DNA of 64,000 nucleotides, from contig CAWIAD010000001.1 of the NCBI GenBank assembly GCA_963833985.1, positions 32,001 through 96,000 on the forward strand. The letters are read 5' to 3'. The first letter of the stretch is position 1. Every line of letters starts with the position of its first letter. The position numbers and the translations under genes are program-made. The notes beneath the pieces are model-generated. The model did no database searches. It was given only the letters and a program-made list of their open reading frames with translations, and was not told where the DNA came from. Positions 42,070 to 52,761 of this stretch are shown one piece after another. The stretch is from an uncultured Planctomycetaceae bacterium. GTDB taxonomy: Bacteria > Planctomycetota > Planctomycetia > Isosphaerales > Isosphaeraceae.

Positions 42070-42500
42070 ATGGCGAAAAAGCGCGCTTCCGAGGATATCC
42101 ACATCGGCAAGTTCGACATCCTTGCCACCTACGCTTACGCCAGTGCCTTGCAACATGGGCTGGACGATGACCAGGCCAGGCAGCGCGGGATGGTTGCGGC
42201 AATCATGGGCGCACAGCGCGGCTCGGTGTGCGCAGCGACCACGGCGACGACTACGAGTCCCAGAAGGAAGCGGCCGAGAAAAAGAAGAAGACTACCATCA
42301 CCGCCGCGGCGTTCGATTCGCAGGTGGTCCGAAAGATGGGCGACTTCTTTGACACCACCTTCCTGCCCGCCATGACCAAGCTGGTCGCGGCCGGACTTTC
42401 CTATGATGAGGTGAAGTCGCTGGTCAAGATCCCCAGGACCTGGGGCGCGAAGATCAGCGGAGAGAAGTTCCGGGAGCGCGTTGCGGAATACCTGAAGTGA
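42070..42500 (+). CDS. Hypothetical protein (frameshift ~42220)
   Basis: Two overlapping coding-like ORFs (MAKKRASEDIHIGKFDILATY..., then ...DDYESQKEAAEKKKK...AEYLK) that join into one ~143-aa protein. Confidence 0.55.
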
Positions 42501-42730
42501 TCCCCGCATTGTCGGATGCGAACGGCAGCTTCGCTCGGCCGCCCACTGAATTCATCGCCCGTATTGACCCATTGTGCTGGATCGTAGTGTGGCGCGTGAA
42601 CATTCCTGCCGGCAGCCGACCGGTGCGAGCAGGGACGAGGTTATTCTGGTGTTTCCCGCCATGACGACCGCGAGGCGCGTTATGATCGGGTCGAGTTGCC
42701 GTCTCGTCAGGTCATCCCGGAGAATCCGCC

Positions 42731-43177
42731 ATGTGGCGCTGTCTCAAGTGCCGCGAGAGGGTCGATGACTCGTTCGAGGTCTGCTGGTCCTGCGGTACCA
42801 CCGCCGATGGTATCGAGGACCCCAATTTCATCCCGGCCGACGAGGCCGAACCGATCGAGGACGAGCCCGTCCCGGAGGGATCCGACGTCGACGACCCGTT
42901 TGCCGACTTCGCCGGCGCCCCCCTGCCCGAGGTGGTCGAATGCTACACGGCCAGCAACACAATCGAGGCGAAGTTCATCGCTGACCAGTTGATGGAGCAA
43001 GGCATCCCAGCCATCGCCGACAAGATCCATGTCAACCTGGTCCTTGGCGGGTTCCACCCCGAAATGTGGGGTTGCGGTCCCCGAGTCCGCGTGCGCAAGG
43101 ATGACCTGCCGAAGGCCGTGGCCTGGCTCCGAGCGTACGAACAGCGCCGCAGGGCCAGGCAAGAGTCGCCGGGCTGA
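42731..43177 (+). CDS. Zinc-ribbon plus DUF2007-like protein
   Basis: WRCLKC...CWSCG N-terminus; EAKFIADQLMEQGIPA...RVRV DUF2007-like domain. Confidence 0.75.
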   Translation: MWRCLKCRERVDDSFEVCWSCGTTADGIEDPNFIPADEAEPIEDEPVPEGSDVDDPFADFAGAPLPEVVECYTASNTIEAKFIADQLMEQGIPAIADKIHVNLVLGGFHPEMWGCGPRVRVRKDDLPKAVAWLRAYEQRRRARQESPG

Positions 43178-43199
43178 GCCGCTAACCCGCGGAGACTTC

Positions 43200-44365
43200 T
43201 CAATCAGCTGCTTGACGCCGGGCGTGGCGCGCACAACCGAGCACGCCCAGCAGGCCGATGCCCAGGAGCACAAGGCTCGCCGGCTCAGGGATACCGATGG
43301 TGACGATGCCGGGAGAGCCGGGCTGATCCAGGGGTATGGGTGATGGAGGAAAGTTCGGAAAAACGCTGCGAATCCCGCTCACTCCGCCGCCCGAGACGTT
43401 GATGTTGCTGAGGTCGCCGGTAAAGCCGCCCGTGCCGTACTCGACGAGCACCTGGCCTCCGCCACCGCCACCACCGGCGTAAGTGCCGCCATCACCGCCT
43501 TGCGCCTCAGGAGCCCCGAACTTGTCAGTGCGACTGAATCACCATGGAGAAAGATTCCACCACCGCTGCCCCCGCCGCCGCCAACAACGCCCGCAGAGCC
43601 GTCCGCCAGGATGCTGCCGGCGACCGTGACCGCGCCGACCGCACCAATCTCGATCGCACCACCGCCCCCGCCGCCGGAGCCGTTGCCTACCTTTGTGTTA
43701 TAGATACCGCCCCCGCTTCCACCTTGAAGGGTGATTGCCAGATTGCCGTAACTGCCACCACCCGGCCCGCCTCCACCCGGGCTGTACTGGACAGACCCGG
43801 GCGGGCCTGTAAGACTTCCGGCACCGCCGCTCCCACCTTGGCCCCCAAAACCTCCACCACCGCCATTACTGAAGTAGATTCCGGTCTGGTCGCTCCCGTA
43901 GCCCCCGCTGCCTCCCGCGCCGGGACCGCTGCCGCCACCGAAGCCTCCAGGACCACCGCTGGAAAGTACCCCGCTCAACCCTCCCTGGAAGGAGATGCCG
44001 CTGACGTTGATGGATCCATTGATACTCACATCACCCCGCGACAGCAGGGCCAGAGGCGGAGCCACGACACCGCTGCTCGGGTAGGGATCGACCAGGACCT
44101 GATTGCTGGCCAGGTTGATCGAGTTAAAATCGAACACGGCGATGCCGTTGTAGATCACCCCGTTCAACACTTGCCCGGTCGGCCCGTCGATAAAGGGCGT
44201 CGGCCCGGCGGTGGAGACACTGTACGTCCCCGCCGCCGTGGGAAATGCCCCCAGCGACGTGAAGCCGAGCGGGTCCAGCGGACCGGCCAGCGTCTTCTCC
44301 GCACCACCCAGGAGAAACGAGAACAGGACCACGGTGCACGCCGAGTCTGAGAATACGCGCCTCAT
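43200..44365 (-). CDS. Glycine-rich PEP-CTERM surface protein (frameshift ~43500)
   Basis: Signal peptide, GGGGSGGGI repeats; IPEPASLVLLGIGLLG...RHARR sorting signal in an adjacent frame. Confidence 0.85.
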
Positions 44366-44695
44366 GAGGGCTCTCCTGCGACAGAATTACGGAGATGACG
44401 TGACACGAAAATCGATGGAAGAATGGCTGCACGCTTGAATAATATCAACGCTAGCGTGCCTGAAAGCGCAGGTCAAAACATTTCTTTTTCCAAAGACACG
44501 AGAGAAAACCAGGAAACGCAAGCGTCCGTCCCGAGCGCCGGCGGCATTCACTTTGATCTCTGTAAACTCCGCGGCTGGCTTGCGGCTTCGGACGCCGCCT
44601 GATAAGAGGCTGGATCGTCAATGATCGTGATGCGAGAATAAACGATCTTGACGAATGGAAACCCGGTCCGCGTTGCGGTTGGCGGAGGGCTGAGC

Positions 44696-46331
44696 ATGCC
44701 TGGGGAACCGGCTGACGACAGTATGTTCCCCGCTGCTCGGCTGAACGAGCTGATCGAGATCTGCAATCGGTTCGAGGCCGCCTGGAGGAAGGGGACTCCG
44801 CGCGATCGAGCACGAGCTGGGAGGAGTTCCGGAAGAACTGCGGTCATGCGTGCTCGGGCCGTTGCTCGCCCTGGAGGTCAAGCTGCGCCGGGAGCAAGGA
44901 GAACGTCCGACCTTGCAGGAGTATCTCGCCCGATTCCCGGCCGATCAGGATCTCATCCAGGCGCACTTCTTGATGATAGACGCGCCAGATGACACCAGAG
45001 ACCATGATTCACTGCCCGAAGCGCCGACTGCACCGATCCTTCCCGATCGGATCGGGCGTTACCGCATCGATCGGCTTGCCGGAAAAGGCGGTTTCGGGCT
45101 GGTCTACCTGGCACACGACGACGAGCTGGATCGGCCCGTGGCCGTCAAGGTGCCCCACGCACATCTTGTCTCCCGTCCGGAGGATGCCGGGCCGTATCTC
45201 GTGGAAGCCCGTACGGTCGCCGGTCTCGACCATCCTCATATCGTGCCGGTCTACGATGTGGGAAGCTCCTCCGGGTTTCCTCTTTTTGTCGTCTCCAGGT
45301 TCATCCACGGAGTGAATCTGGAGTCGATGCTGAAGGAACGGCGCCCCACACCGCACGACTCTGCCGGTTTGGTGGCGGTGGTCGCCGAGGCCCTGCACCA
45401 CGCCCACAAGCGCGGGCTGGTTCACAGGGATATCAAGCCGGGCAATATCCTCATCGATCGGGACGGCAATCCACACATCGTGGATTTCGGTCTGGCCTTG
45501 CGCGAACAACAGACAGCCACCGGGCATCGCTACGCCGGTACTCCCGCCTACATGAGCCCCGAGCAAGCCCGCGGCGAGGGAAACCGGGTCGATGGCCGTT
45601 CCGACATCTTCAGCCTGGGCGTGGTCCTGTATGAACTGCTGACGGGCCGCCGGCCGTTCCGGGGCGATTCCCTGGAGGAGCTTTTCGAGCAGGTCATCGA
45701 GCTCGAGCCTCGCCCGCCCCGCCAGTACGATGAAACCCTCCCCAGGGAACTGGAGCGCATCTGCCTGAAAGCGCTATCGAAGCGGGCAGCCGAGCGCTAC
45801 ACAACCGCATGGGACATGGCCCGGGACCTGCGTTCCTGCTTCCAGACGGTGCCGCAAGCGGCGCCCGACAACCTGCTGCACCTGATGTGGGACAGCCTGG
45901 ACGAAGGTCTCCAGGACGCCTTCGCCCTGGCCTACAACAAGAAGCGGAGGCAGGGCGGCAACCGGATCAGCACGAAGGACTTCTTCCAGGCCCTGGTCCG
46001 GCTCAAGGATGACTCGGTGCGTACGTTGATCGATTCGTTGCCACCAGACGCCCTTCCCGAGCCGATCGACGGCAGCATCCCCAGAGACAGGCGGCTCGTC
46101 CTGGGCGAGCAGCCGCTCCTGTCCGATTGCGTGGCCGACTCGCTCGGGCATTTCAGCAAGCTCGGCTCGCTGCCCAGGAAACTAAGTCCCGCCGACGTGT
46201 TCGTGGACATCGCCAGACACGGCCACGGCGAGTCCGTGGTGCGACTGCGCGAGCACGGTGTCGGGCAAAAGCAGATCGAGCAGAAGGTCGACGAGCTGAG
46301 ACTGGTGGTCCTTCGAAGGAAGGGCCAGTGA
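44696..46331 (+). CDS. Serine/threonine protein kinase (frameshift ~44800) with unusual helical C-terminal domain
   Basis: CNRFEAAW N-terminus; GKGGFG, VAVK, HRDIKPGN, DFG, GTPAYMSPEQ, DIFSLG. Confidence 0.92.
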
Positions 46332-46371
46332 GTGGACGGCAAAGAGCCCTGTGCGTGAACCATCGCCACGA

Positions 46372-46419
46372 TAGGCGATGAGGGACTGGAACCCCCCGAC
46401 ATCTTGCGCGGAAAGCAGT
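46372..46419 (-). repeat. Degenerate copy of the 3' part of tRNA-Val (att-like direct repeat)
   Basis: TAGGCGATGAGGGACTGGAACCCCCCGACATCTTGCGCGGAAAGCAGT aligns with 47344-47390. Confidence 0.85.
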
Positions 46420-46723
46420 CAAATCTCACGCCGTTCTCTTGCTCTAATCAGACACCGTCATTCGATCTTTGGTGCACGAATGCTTGGTCGAGACGATCCA
46501 AGAGAACCCAATGACCGACCCACAAGACGCGAAGTTGCGGGACGTGATTCCCAAGATTCGGCGGAGCTACGTGCTCATCGGTGACGACCGTGGGCCCTGC
46601 CTTGAATAAACGTCCGAACCTGTCGATTCGCCTTGTGTCGCTCATTGGCCGCATGAAACTGTAACGCTAGTATGAAGCTCACGGACGAGGTCCCATGTGT
46701 GCCTGCGCGATCCGGGGGGCGAA

Positions 46724-46942
46724 ATGACGATCGAAGAGATCTACAACCAATCCATCAAGCCGCTTTCACCCTCTGAGCGATTTCGGCTGGCGACGCTCAT
46801 TCTGAGCGAGATACCTCCGCAGTGCGTCGTGGACGTCCGCGACGCATGGGACGATGAAGACATGCGCGATGTTTCCGCCTATTCCGCGGGGCGGTTCACC
46901 GCCGAATTCCCGGAGGAAGGCGACCTTGCTCAAGCCAGGTGA
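46724..46942 (+). CDS. Putative antitoxin
   Basis: 72-aa acidic ORF (IKPLSPSERFRLATLIL) overlapping the downstream toxin start. Confidence 0.65.
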   Translation: MTIEEIYNQSIKPLSPSERFRLATLILSEIPPQCVVDVRDAWDDEDMRDVSAYSAGRFTAEFPEEGDLAQAR

Positions 46943-47255
46943 CGTGGTCGTCGTCGACTTCCCCGGCGTGACGGGCATCAAGCGCAGACCGGCTGTCGTG
47001 GTGTCTTCCGACGTGTATCACTCCGCTCGGCCTGACGTGATCGTCGGCCTGATCACAAGCCAGGTGACCATCTCGCTCGGACCCACCGATCATGCGCTCA
47101 CGGATTGGTCCGCGGCTGGCTTGCGCCTTCCCTCGCTGTTCCGCAGCTTTCTTGTGACCTTGCCCCGGACGGCCGTGTACCAGGTTGCGGGCCACCTTTC
47201 CGAGCAAGACTGGCTCGCTGTCCGTGCAAGAGTCGGAACTGCGCTGGCTCCTTGA
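46926..47255 (+). CDS. PemK/MazF family toxin
   Basis: PGDVVVVDFP...KRRPAVVVS...VIVGLITSQ...W..AGL..PS pattern. Confidence 0.88.
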   Translation: MLKPGDVVVVDFPGVTGIKRRPAVVVSSDVYHSARPDVIVGLITSQVTISLGPTDHALTDWSAAGLRLPSLFRSFLVTLPRTAVYQVAGHLSEQDWLAVRARVGTALAP

Positions 47256-47342
47256 TCGACAAGCAGCGGCTCATGGAAGTCTGTTGATCGGGGCGAGCTG
47301 ACGCTCCTGACACGGCAAGCGCAAGCCAAAACGGTCAGAGGC

Positions 47343-47417
<75 letters not shown>

Positions 47418-47444
47418 GGCACGAGAGTGATTTTAACAGACGGA

Positions 47445-48578
47445 TTATCGCGTGTCTGGAGCACTCGCCGGATTGCCCAGGGAGCGCGGTGGGGTGTCGC
47501 CGGGGGATGACGGCACTGGCACCTGGACGGGGGGCTCCTCCGGCTCGCCGGGCTGGATGCGCCGGGCGGCGATGATGCGCCAGCCGGTGTCGATGCCTTC
47601 CAGGCGGAAACGCACCAGGCTGAGGCGGAGATGGCTGGGCGGATCGCCCAGCGAGGCGAGCTGGTCAGTCACCTCGGCGTTCACCACGGCACGCTCATAG
47701 ACGAAGGGGCCGTCTGCCTTGAGCGTGTGGAAGGGACGCTTGAGCAGGGCATCCCAGGTCTTCGGGTCGCCGGCCACGTCGCCGGCCAGGGCCTGCTGCG
47801 CTTCGGGCAGGGGCGGTTTGGCGTCGTCGACCAGCATCTTGTAGGTGGGCAGGATCTTCTTCGGAGCCAGTGCGCCCTCGGCAAGGTCGCTGAAGACCTT
47901 GCCGAAGTTTTCGGCGGCGTCGAAGATGTCGTTCGGGTCGCCGCTCGCCATCTTCTCGTAGATCCCTGATTTCTCGGCCTTTTCCTTGGCGGCGTGCACG
48001 GCGTCGAGTGTCTGGCCGGCTGCGCCGAGCGGGTTCTTGGGGGTGAAGCGGGTAATCTCAGGATCATACGTGAATTCGGACGCGATCCTGGCGTGCAGGC
48101 GGGCCAGCGGCGCGAACGTGCCCTTGAATGTGCGATCGCGGCCGCGGTCGCGCCGTATTCTGGCATACGAGCGGATCGCCGGCGGCTCCTCGATGGTGCT
48201 CAGCCGGCGCTGGGCCGGCTCATCGCTTTTCATGAGCGCCTGCATATAAGCCTCCGAGACACGCTCGACGGGATCGACGGGCCGCGGCTTGAGACGCGGC
48301 CAGAGGATCAGGGCCGACAATCCGGCCGCGGTCAATAGAACGAGAAGCACCGCGGAGACGAGCCACCAGCGTCGGGACTTCCGGACTTGCGCTTCCCCGG
48401 AGGGCACGAAGACGTTAGAGGGCGGCGGGGGTTCCGACGCGGCCGCCGTCGTGTCGCTGCCCACTCGCGGCAGCCGGTGCCGCGCTCCGCACTTGGGGCA
48501 TTCCACAACTTCGCCAGGACCGTCGACCGCGGTGAGAAAGGCCGTCTGGCAGCGAGTGCAGCGAACGCGCGTGCTCAT
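47445..48578 (-). CDS. Hypothetical membrane protein with N-terminal zinc ribbon
   Basis: CTRC...CPKC, one TM helix, large C-terminal domain; ATGA overlap with the upstream gene. Confidence 0.7.
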   Translation of the reverse strand: MSTRVRCTRCQTAFLTAVDGPGEVVECPKCGARHRLPRVGSDTTAAASEPPPPSNVFVPSGEAQVRKSRRWWLVSAVLLVLLTAAGLSALILWPRLKPRPVDPVERVSEAYMQALMKSDEPAQRRLSTIEEPPAIRSYARIRRDRGRDRTFKGTFAPLARLHARIASEFTYDPEITRFTPKNPLGAAGQTLDAVHAAKEKAEKSGIYEKMASGDPNDIFDAAENFGKVFSDLAEGALAPKKILPTYKMLVDDAKPPLPEAQQALAGDVAGDPKTWDALLKRPFHTLKADGPFVYERAVVNAEVTDQLASLGDPPSHLRLSLVRFRLEGIDTGWRIIAARRIQPGEPEEPPVQVPVPSSPGDTPPRSLGNPASAPDTR

Positions 48579-49414
48579 GAAAGGTCCCGGTTCAAGGAGG
48601 AGCGTGCGGGCCGCTCCGGTGTGGGTCGTGGTGGCGATCCTCGGGGGGGACTGGCCTGACATTCCAGGCACACCGGCTCGCCGCCGGCCACGGGCTTGCC
48701 GCACCTCTGGCACAGGCCCGCGCGACGACGAATCGAGGGCAAGGCGGCGCGGAGCGGGTCGGCCTCGGGCATGGAACCGAAGCTGTTCAGGCGCGGCGCC
48801 ACCCAGCCGGCGAGCTCGGAGTTCACGCGGTCGGCCTGGACGCGCTGCTCCACGAGCTTCAGCATCCAGATCGCAAGCTGCACATCAATCGCGTGCAACG
48901 CCTCGCCGCGCACGTGCTGCGTGATCTGATCGCGAAGCTCGAACACGCGCCCCACCCGCCCCGCCGCCTGCGCCCGGGCCAGCTCGGAACGGAGACGTTG
49001 AGTGCCGTCGTTTTCCGCGGCGACGTTCGAGGATTCCTCCTGCCCCTCGATCGCCAGTGCGATCCTGTTCAGCGTGGGGACCAGGTGCTGCTCGATCAGC
49101 TCGGTGGTACGACGGGAGGATTCGGCACCGTCGGCCATCACCTCGAGCGCCTGGGCGAACGTGCGCAAAAGCTGGCCCAGGATCCAGCCCGCCAGTCCGC
49201 AACCGCCCAGAGTCACCACCGCCACGATGGCCATCACCCGGCGCTCGCCCCAGGTGAACTGGGCGTCGGAAATGAGGTCCTTCGCCTGGTCCAGAAAAAG
49301 CCCGAGGCCCGAGGTCAGGCAGCCGAGCTGAACCCAGAGGGCCAGCCGTGCCAGCGACCTGGCTCCATCTCGGAGTGGAGCATGGGGTGACGATTCCGGC
49401 GACAGGCGGCTCAT
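48575..49414 (-). CDS. Hypothetical membrane protein with C-terminal zinc ribbon
   Basis: Two TM helices, coiled region, CQRC...CLEC. Confidence 0.65.
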   Translation of the reverse strand: MSRLSPESSPHAPLRDGARSLARLALWVQLGCLTSGLGLFLDQAKDLISDAQFTWGERRVMAIVAVVTLGGCGLAGWILGQLLRTFAQALEVMADGAESSRRTTELIEQHLVPTLNRIALAIEGQEESSNVAAENDGTQRLRSELARAQAAGRVGRVFELRDQITQHVRGEALHAIDVQLAIWMLKLVEQRVQADRVNSELAGWVAPRLNSFGSMPEADPLRAALPSIRRRAGLCQRCGKPVAGGEPVCLECQASPPRGSPPRPTPERPARSSLNRDLS

Positions 49415-49532
49415 GAGCGGTGGCCATGCTCCAGCAAAAACGGTCAGTGCGAATCCTGGTGAGAGGCCGAGCCTCCATTATATCGAGTGAACGCCGGGTC
49501 CCGGCGCATTCTGGCAGTCATGAGGCTTGAAG

Positions 49533-50387
49533 TCATGGCGCGCGGCGTTCCAGCAGGTAATAGCAGCGGCGCTGGCCGGCCGAGCCGTCACGCACCAGGC
49601 CAATTGCGCGGTAGCCTGCGGCGAACGACTGCTGGAAGGCCTGGCGCACGGCCCGATGCCAGACTCCGGCCAGCGCGTGATGGTCGCGGCGCAGTGCCAT
49701 GACGCGCTCGGGGATCTCGAGCAAGACCCGCGGTTCGCCCTGCGATTCCACGACCTGGACCGGCACCAGGGCTCCGGTGGAGTCGCGGTCGGCGCGTACC
49801 AGGCACGTGAGTGACTTCGTGTCGGCAACGCACGGCTCCTGCTCCGGCGCCGGCGGTTCATCGATCTCCCACTCGGCGATCAGCCGGTCGGTGGGTACGC
49901 CGGCGAAGAGTGCGTCGGTGCGATCGCCGTACATGGCCTCGACATAGCGGCGCGCCCGGGCACCCAGGCGGTTGAGATTGAAATGCGCATTGCCGGACTG
50001 GAGCGGGTCGAAGGCCCAGGCAATGAGGCTCAGGCCTTCGGCATGAGCAAAATGGCGCTGGACCAGCTTGATGGCGTGGCCCAATCCGCGCGACTGGTAG
50101 GCGGGCACCACGCCGGTGAGCTGCGAGTAGAGACAGATGCGGTCGTCGAGCCGGCCGAGGAAGCTGAACGACACGCCCACGGCCGAGCCGTCGGCCAGGA
50201 ACGCCCCCAGCACCAGCCCGCCGTGAAGGTTCGCTCCCACCATGGTGGCGATCGGGATGATGTAACTTTCGTCGGTGATGCCCCAGGCCTTGCGCTGGGC
50301 CTCCTGGCAAGCGCGATAATCGGCCGGGCTGGCCGCGCGGCGGATGGTGATCTCGGCATCAAGGTGAACGCTACCGTTGGGCTGCAT
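49533..50387 (-). CDS. GNAT-family acyltransferase (putative D-amino acid N-succinyltransferase)
   Basis: LYSQLTGVVPAYQSRGLG, WAFDPLQSGNAHFNLNRLGA, TDRLIAEW. Confidence 0.85.
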   Translation of the reverse strand: MQPNGSVHLDAEITIRRAASPADYRACQEAQRKAWGITDESYIIPIATMVGANLHGGLVLGAFLADGSAVGVSFSFLGRLDDRICLYSQLTGVVPAYQSRGLGHAIKLVQRHFAHAEGLSLIAWAFDPLQSGNAHFNLNRLGARARRYVEAMYGDRTDALFAGVPTDRLIAEWEIDEPPAPEQEPCVADTKSLTCLVRADRDSTGALVPVQVVESQGEPRVLLEIPERVMALRRDHHALAGVWHRAVRQAFQQSFAAGYRAIGLVRDGSAGQRRCYYLLERRAP

Positions 50388-50401
50388 GGCGAGAGCTCGG
50401 G

Positions 50402-51541
50402 TTAAAGGAATTGCAGCAGGGCTCCCAGGAGAGCGGCGCGCTGGGACAATGAATCGATGAGGATATGCTCGTCATCGGCATGCGCGCCAGCACCCAGCAC
50501 GCCCAGGCCGTCCAGCGTGGGAATACCGAGCGCCGCGGTGAAGTTGCCATCGCTTCCGCCGCCGGTCGAGCCCTCGCAGAGCTCGATGCCGTACCGTCGC
50601 GCGATGGCGCAGGCCTGCTCGTAAAGAACCGCAATCGACGGTGTCCGCTCCATGGGAGGGCGGTTGAACTGGCCGCTCACCGTGAGGCGCGTGCCGGCAG
50701 TCACAGGTGCCAGTGAACGCAGCGTTCGCTCGATGGAGCGGGCCGACTCGGCGGTTGTGGCGCGGACGTCGACCACGGCCGAGGCCCGCGCGGCGACGAC
50801 GTTGGGGACCGTGCCACCGTGCACCACGCCCGCGTTCACGGTCAGACCGCTGGAGGGATCATTGAACGCCTGGAGGCGAAGGACCTGGTGCGCCAGTTCG
50901 ACGATGGCGCTGCGCCCCTGCTCCGGGGCGACGCCGGCGTGTGCGGCCTTCCCTTCGATGTCGATCGTGAACTGGCCCACGCCCTTGCGGGAGGTCTTCA
51001 AGGCGCCGTTGGGCAGGGGCGGTTCGAGCACCAGAACATGCGCGCTCTCGGCAGCTAGCGACTCGATGAGCGCACGCGACGTGGGGCTGCCGGTCTCCTC
51101 GTCGCTGGTGGCCAGTACAACCAGCGGCCGGGCCGGTGCGAGGCGCAGTCGGTGGAGCGCCTCGAGCACCCCGAAAAGCATGGCCAGGCTGGCCTTCATG
51201 TCGTAAACGCCGGGGCCATGGAGCTTGCCGTCCTGCTCGCGGACTGGCATTCCGGCCAGCGTGCCGGCCGGCCAGACGGTGTCGAAATGTGTCAGCAGGA
51301 GCGCGGGCCGCTCTCCTTCCGCTCCGGCGAAGCGTCCGACGACGTGGTTGCCCCCGTGCGGGTTCTTCTGAACCGCCGCGACACCGCCCAGCTCTCGGAT
51401 CCGCCCGGCCAGCACGTCCGCCAGGGCATCGAGCGCGGGTTTGTCATGGCTGGGCGACTCATGCTCGACGAGGCGCACCAGCTCGGAGAGCATCGCCGGC
51501 TTGAGGGACCTCAGGACGCTCAGAAGCGGATGGTCAAGCAC
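50402..51541 (-). CDS. M20 family metallopeptidase/amidohydrolase
   Basis: HFDTVW, GPGVYDMK, DEETGS, GGGSDGN, GAHADDE. Confidence 0.93.
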   Translation of the reverse strand: MLDHPLLSVLRSLKPAMLSELVRLVEHESPSHDKPALDALADVLAGRIRELGGVAAVQKNPHGGNHVVGRFAGAEGERPALLLTHFDTVWPAGTLAGMPVREQDGKLHGPGVYDMKASLAMLFGVLEALHRLRLAPARPLVVLATSDEETGSPTSRALIESLAAESAHVLVLEPPLPNGALKTSRKGVGQFTIDIEGKAAHAGVAPEQGRSAIVELAHQVLRLQAFNDPSSGLTVNAGVVHGGTVPNVVAARASAVVDVRATTAESARSIERTLRSLAPVTAGTRLTVSGQFNRPPMERTPSIAVLYEQACAIARRYGIELCEGSTGGGSDGNFTAALGIPTLDGLGVLGAGAHADDEHILIDSLSQRAALLGALLQFL

Positions 51542-51553
51542 GCCTGCGTTCCC

Positions 51554-52666
51554 CTACTCGATTTCAAGCGTCGCGATGCGCAGCGTGTGTGCCCGGATGA
51601 TCTCCTCGATCGGCTCGACCCCCAGCCCCGGCCGGTCCGGTACGGCAATGCAGCCGCGAGTGGCGACGATCGGCGGATCAACGAGATCCGTGTGATAGTA
51701 TCGGTCGGAGCCGGCGACATCGCCAGGGAGGGTAAAGCCGGGTAGGCTGGCGAGGGCGAGGTTGGCGGCGCGGCCGATGCCGAATTCGTGCATGCCTCCG
51801 CACCAGACCGGGAAGCCACGTCCCCGGCAGTGATCATGAACGCGCCGGGCCTCGAGCAGGCCGCCGAGCCGGCTGACCTTGATATTGATCACGCGGCAGG
51901 CCCCCAGGTCGAGCGCCTTGCGCGCGTCGCCGGCCGAGTGAATGCTCTCGTCGAGGCAGATGGGGGTCTTCAAACTGGCCTGCAAACGGGCATGGTCGAT
52001 GATGTCGTCGTGCGCGAGCGGCTGCTCGATGAGCAAAAGGTTGAAGCGATCCAGCTCCTGGAGAGTTTTCAGGTCGTCGAGCGTGTACGCCGAGTTGGCA
52101 TCGACCTGGAGCGCGCTCTCGGGATAACGGCTGCGCACCTGGCGCAGCACCTCGACGTCGTGGCCGGGACCGACCTTCAGCTTGATGCGGTGATAGCCCT
52201 GGCCAAGGGCCTCCTCGATGCGGGCGCAAAGGACGTCGAGGTCAGGCTCGATGCCCAGGCTCACGCCGGAGCGGATCGCAGTCAAGGAACCACCCAGCAG
52301 CGATTGGAGCGATCTTCCCTCGCTTCGTCCCAGGGCATCCCAGCAGGCCATCTCCAGGCCGGCCCGGGCGAAGGCGTTGCCCTTCACGAGGTGGTAGCAG
52401 GCCGTCAGCTCCTCGATCGTGGTCCACGGTTTTCCCAGGATCATGGGGCAGAGGAAGTCGTGCAGGATGTGCCAGCAGGTCTCGGTGGTCTCCGGGCAGT
52501 AAAAAGGGTCGGCCGGGCTGGCGCATTCGCCCCAGCCGATGACGCCTTCGCCCGTGCGCACGCGGATCAGAATGTGGTCCAGGTGCTCCTTGCGACTGGA
52601 GCTCGTCCGGAACGGGCGGATGAGCGGAAGCCGCACCAGGTGAAGCGTGATCTGGTCAAGCCGCAT
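51554..52666 (-). CDS. menC: o-Succinylbenzoate synthase / N-succinylamino acid racemase (enolase superfamily)
   Basis: KLK, VDAN, IEQP, LDES, NIK, WCGGMHEFGIGRAANL, PGD. Confidence 0.88.
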   Translation of the reverse strand: MRLDQITLHLVRLPLIRPFRTSSSRKEHLDHILIRVRTGEGVIGWGECASPADPFYCPETTETCWHILHDFLCPMILGKPWTTIEELTACYHLVKGNAFARAGLEMACWDALGRSEGRSLQSLLGGSLTAIRSGVSLGIEPDLDVLCARIEEALGQGYHRIKLKVGPGHDVEVLRQVRSRYPESALQVDANSAYTLDDLKTLQELDRFNLLLIEQPLAHDDIIDHARLQASLKTPICLDESIHSAGDARKALDLGACRVINIKVSRLGGLLEARRVHDHCRGRGFPVWCGGMHEFGIGRAANLALASLPGFTLPGDVAGSDRYYHTDLVDPPIVATRGCIAVPDRPGLGVEPIEEIIRAHTLRIATLEIE

Positions 52667-52694
52667 CGAAGCCTCGCTCGGCGCGCGGCGCAGG

Positions 52695-52730
52695 AAAAAG
52701 GGTGGGGATCGTGGCGATCGATCCCCACCC
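52695..52730 (-). terminator. Rho-independent terminator of the DUF1559 gene
   Basis: 12-bp stem GGGTGGGGATCG/CGATCCCCACCC with 7-nt loop, followed by T5 on the minus strand, ~30 nt after the stop. Confidence 0.8.
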
Positions 52731-52761
52731 CGGTTCATGCTAGGTCGGTTTGACCGATCGT

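Noticed and set aside
46372..46419. Second tRNA gene
   Set aside because: The 5' acceptor strand and D-arm are missing, and the T-loop and anticodon are mutated; better explained as an att remnant.
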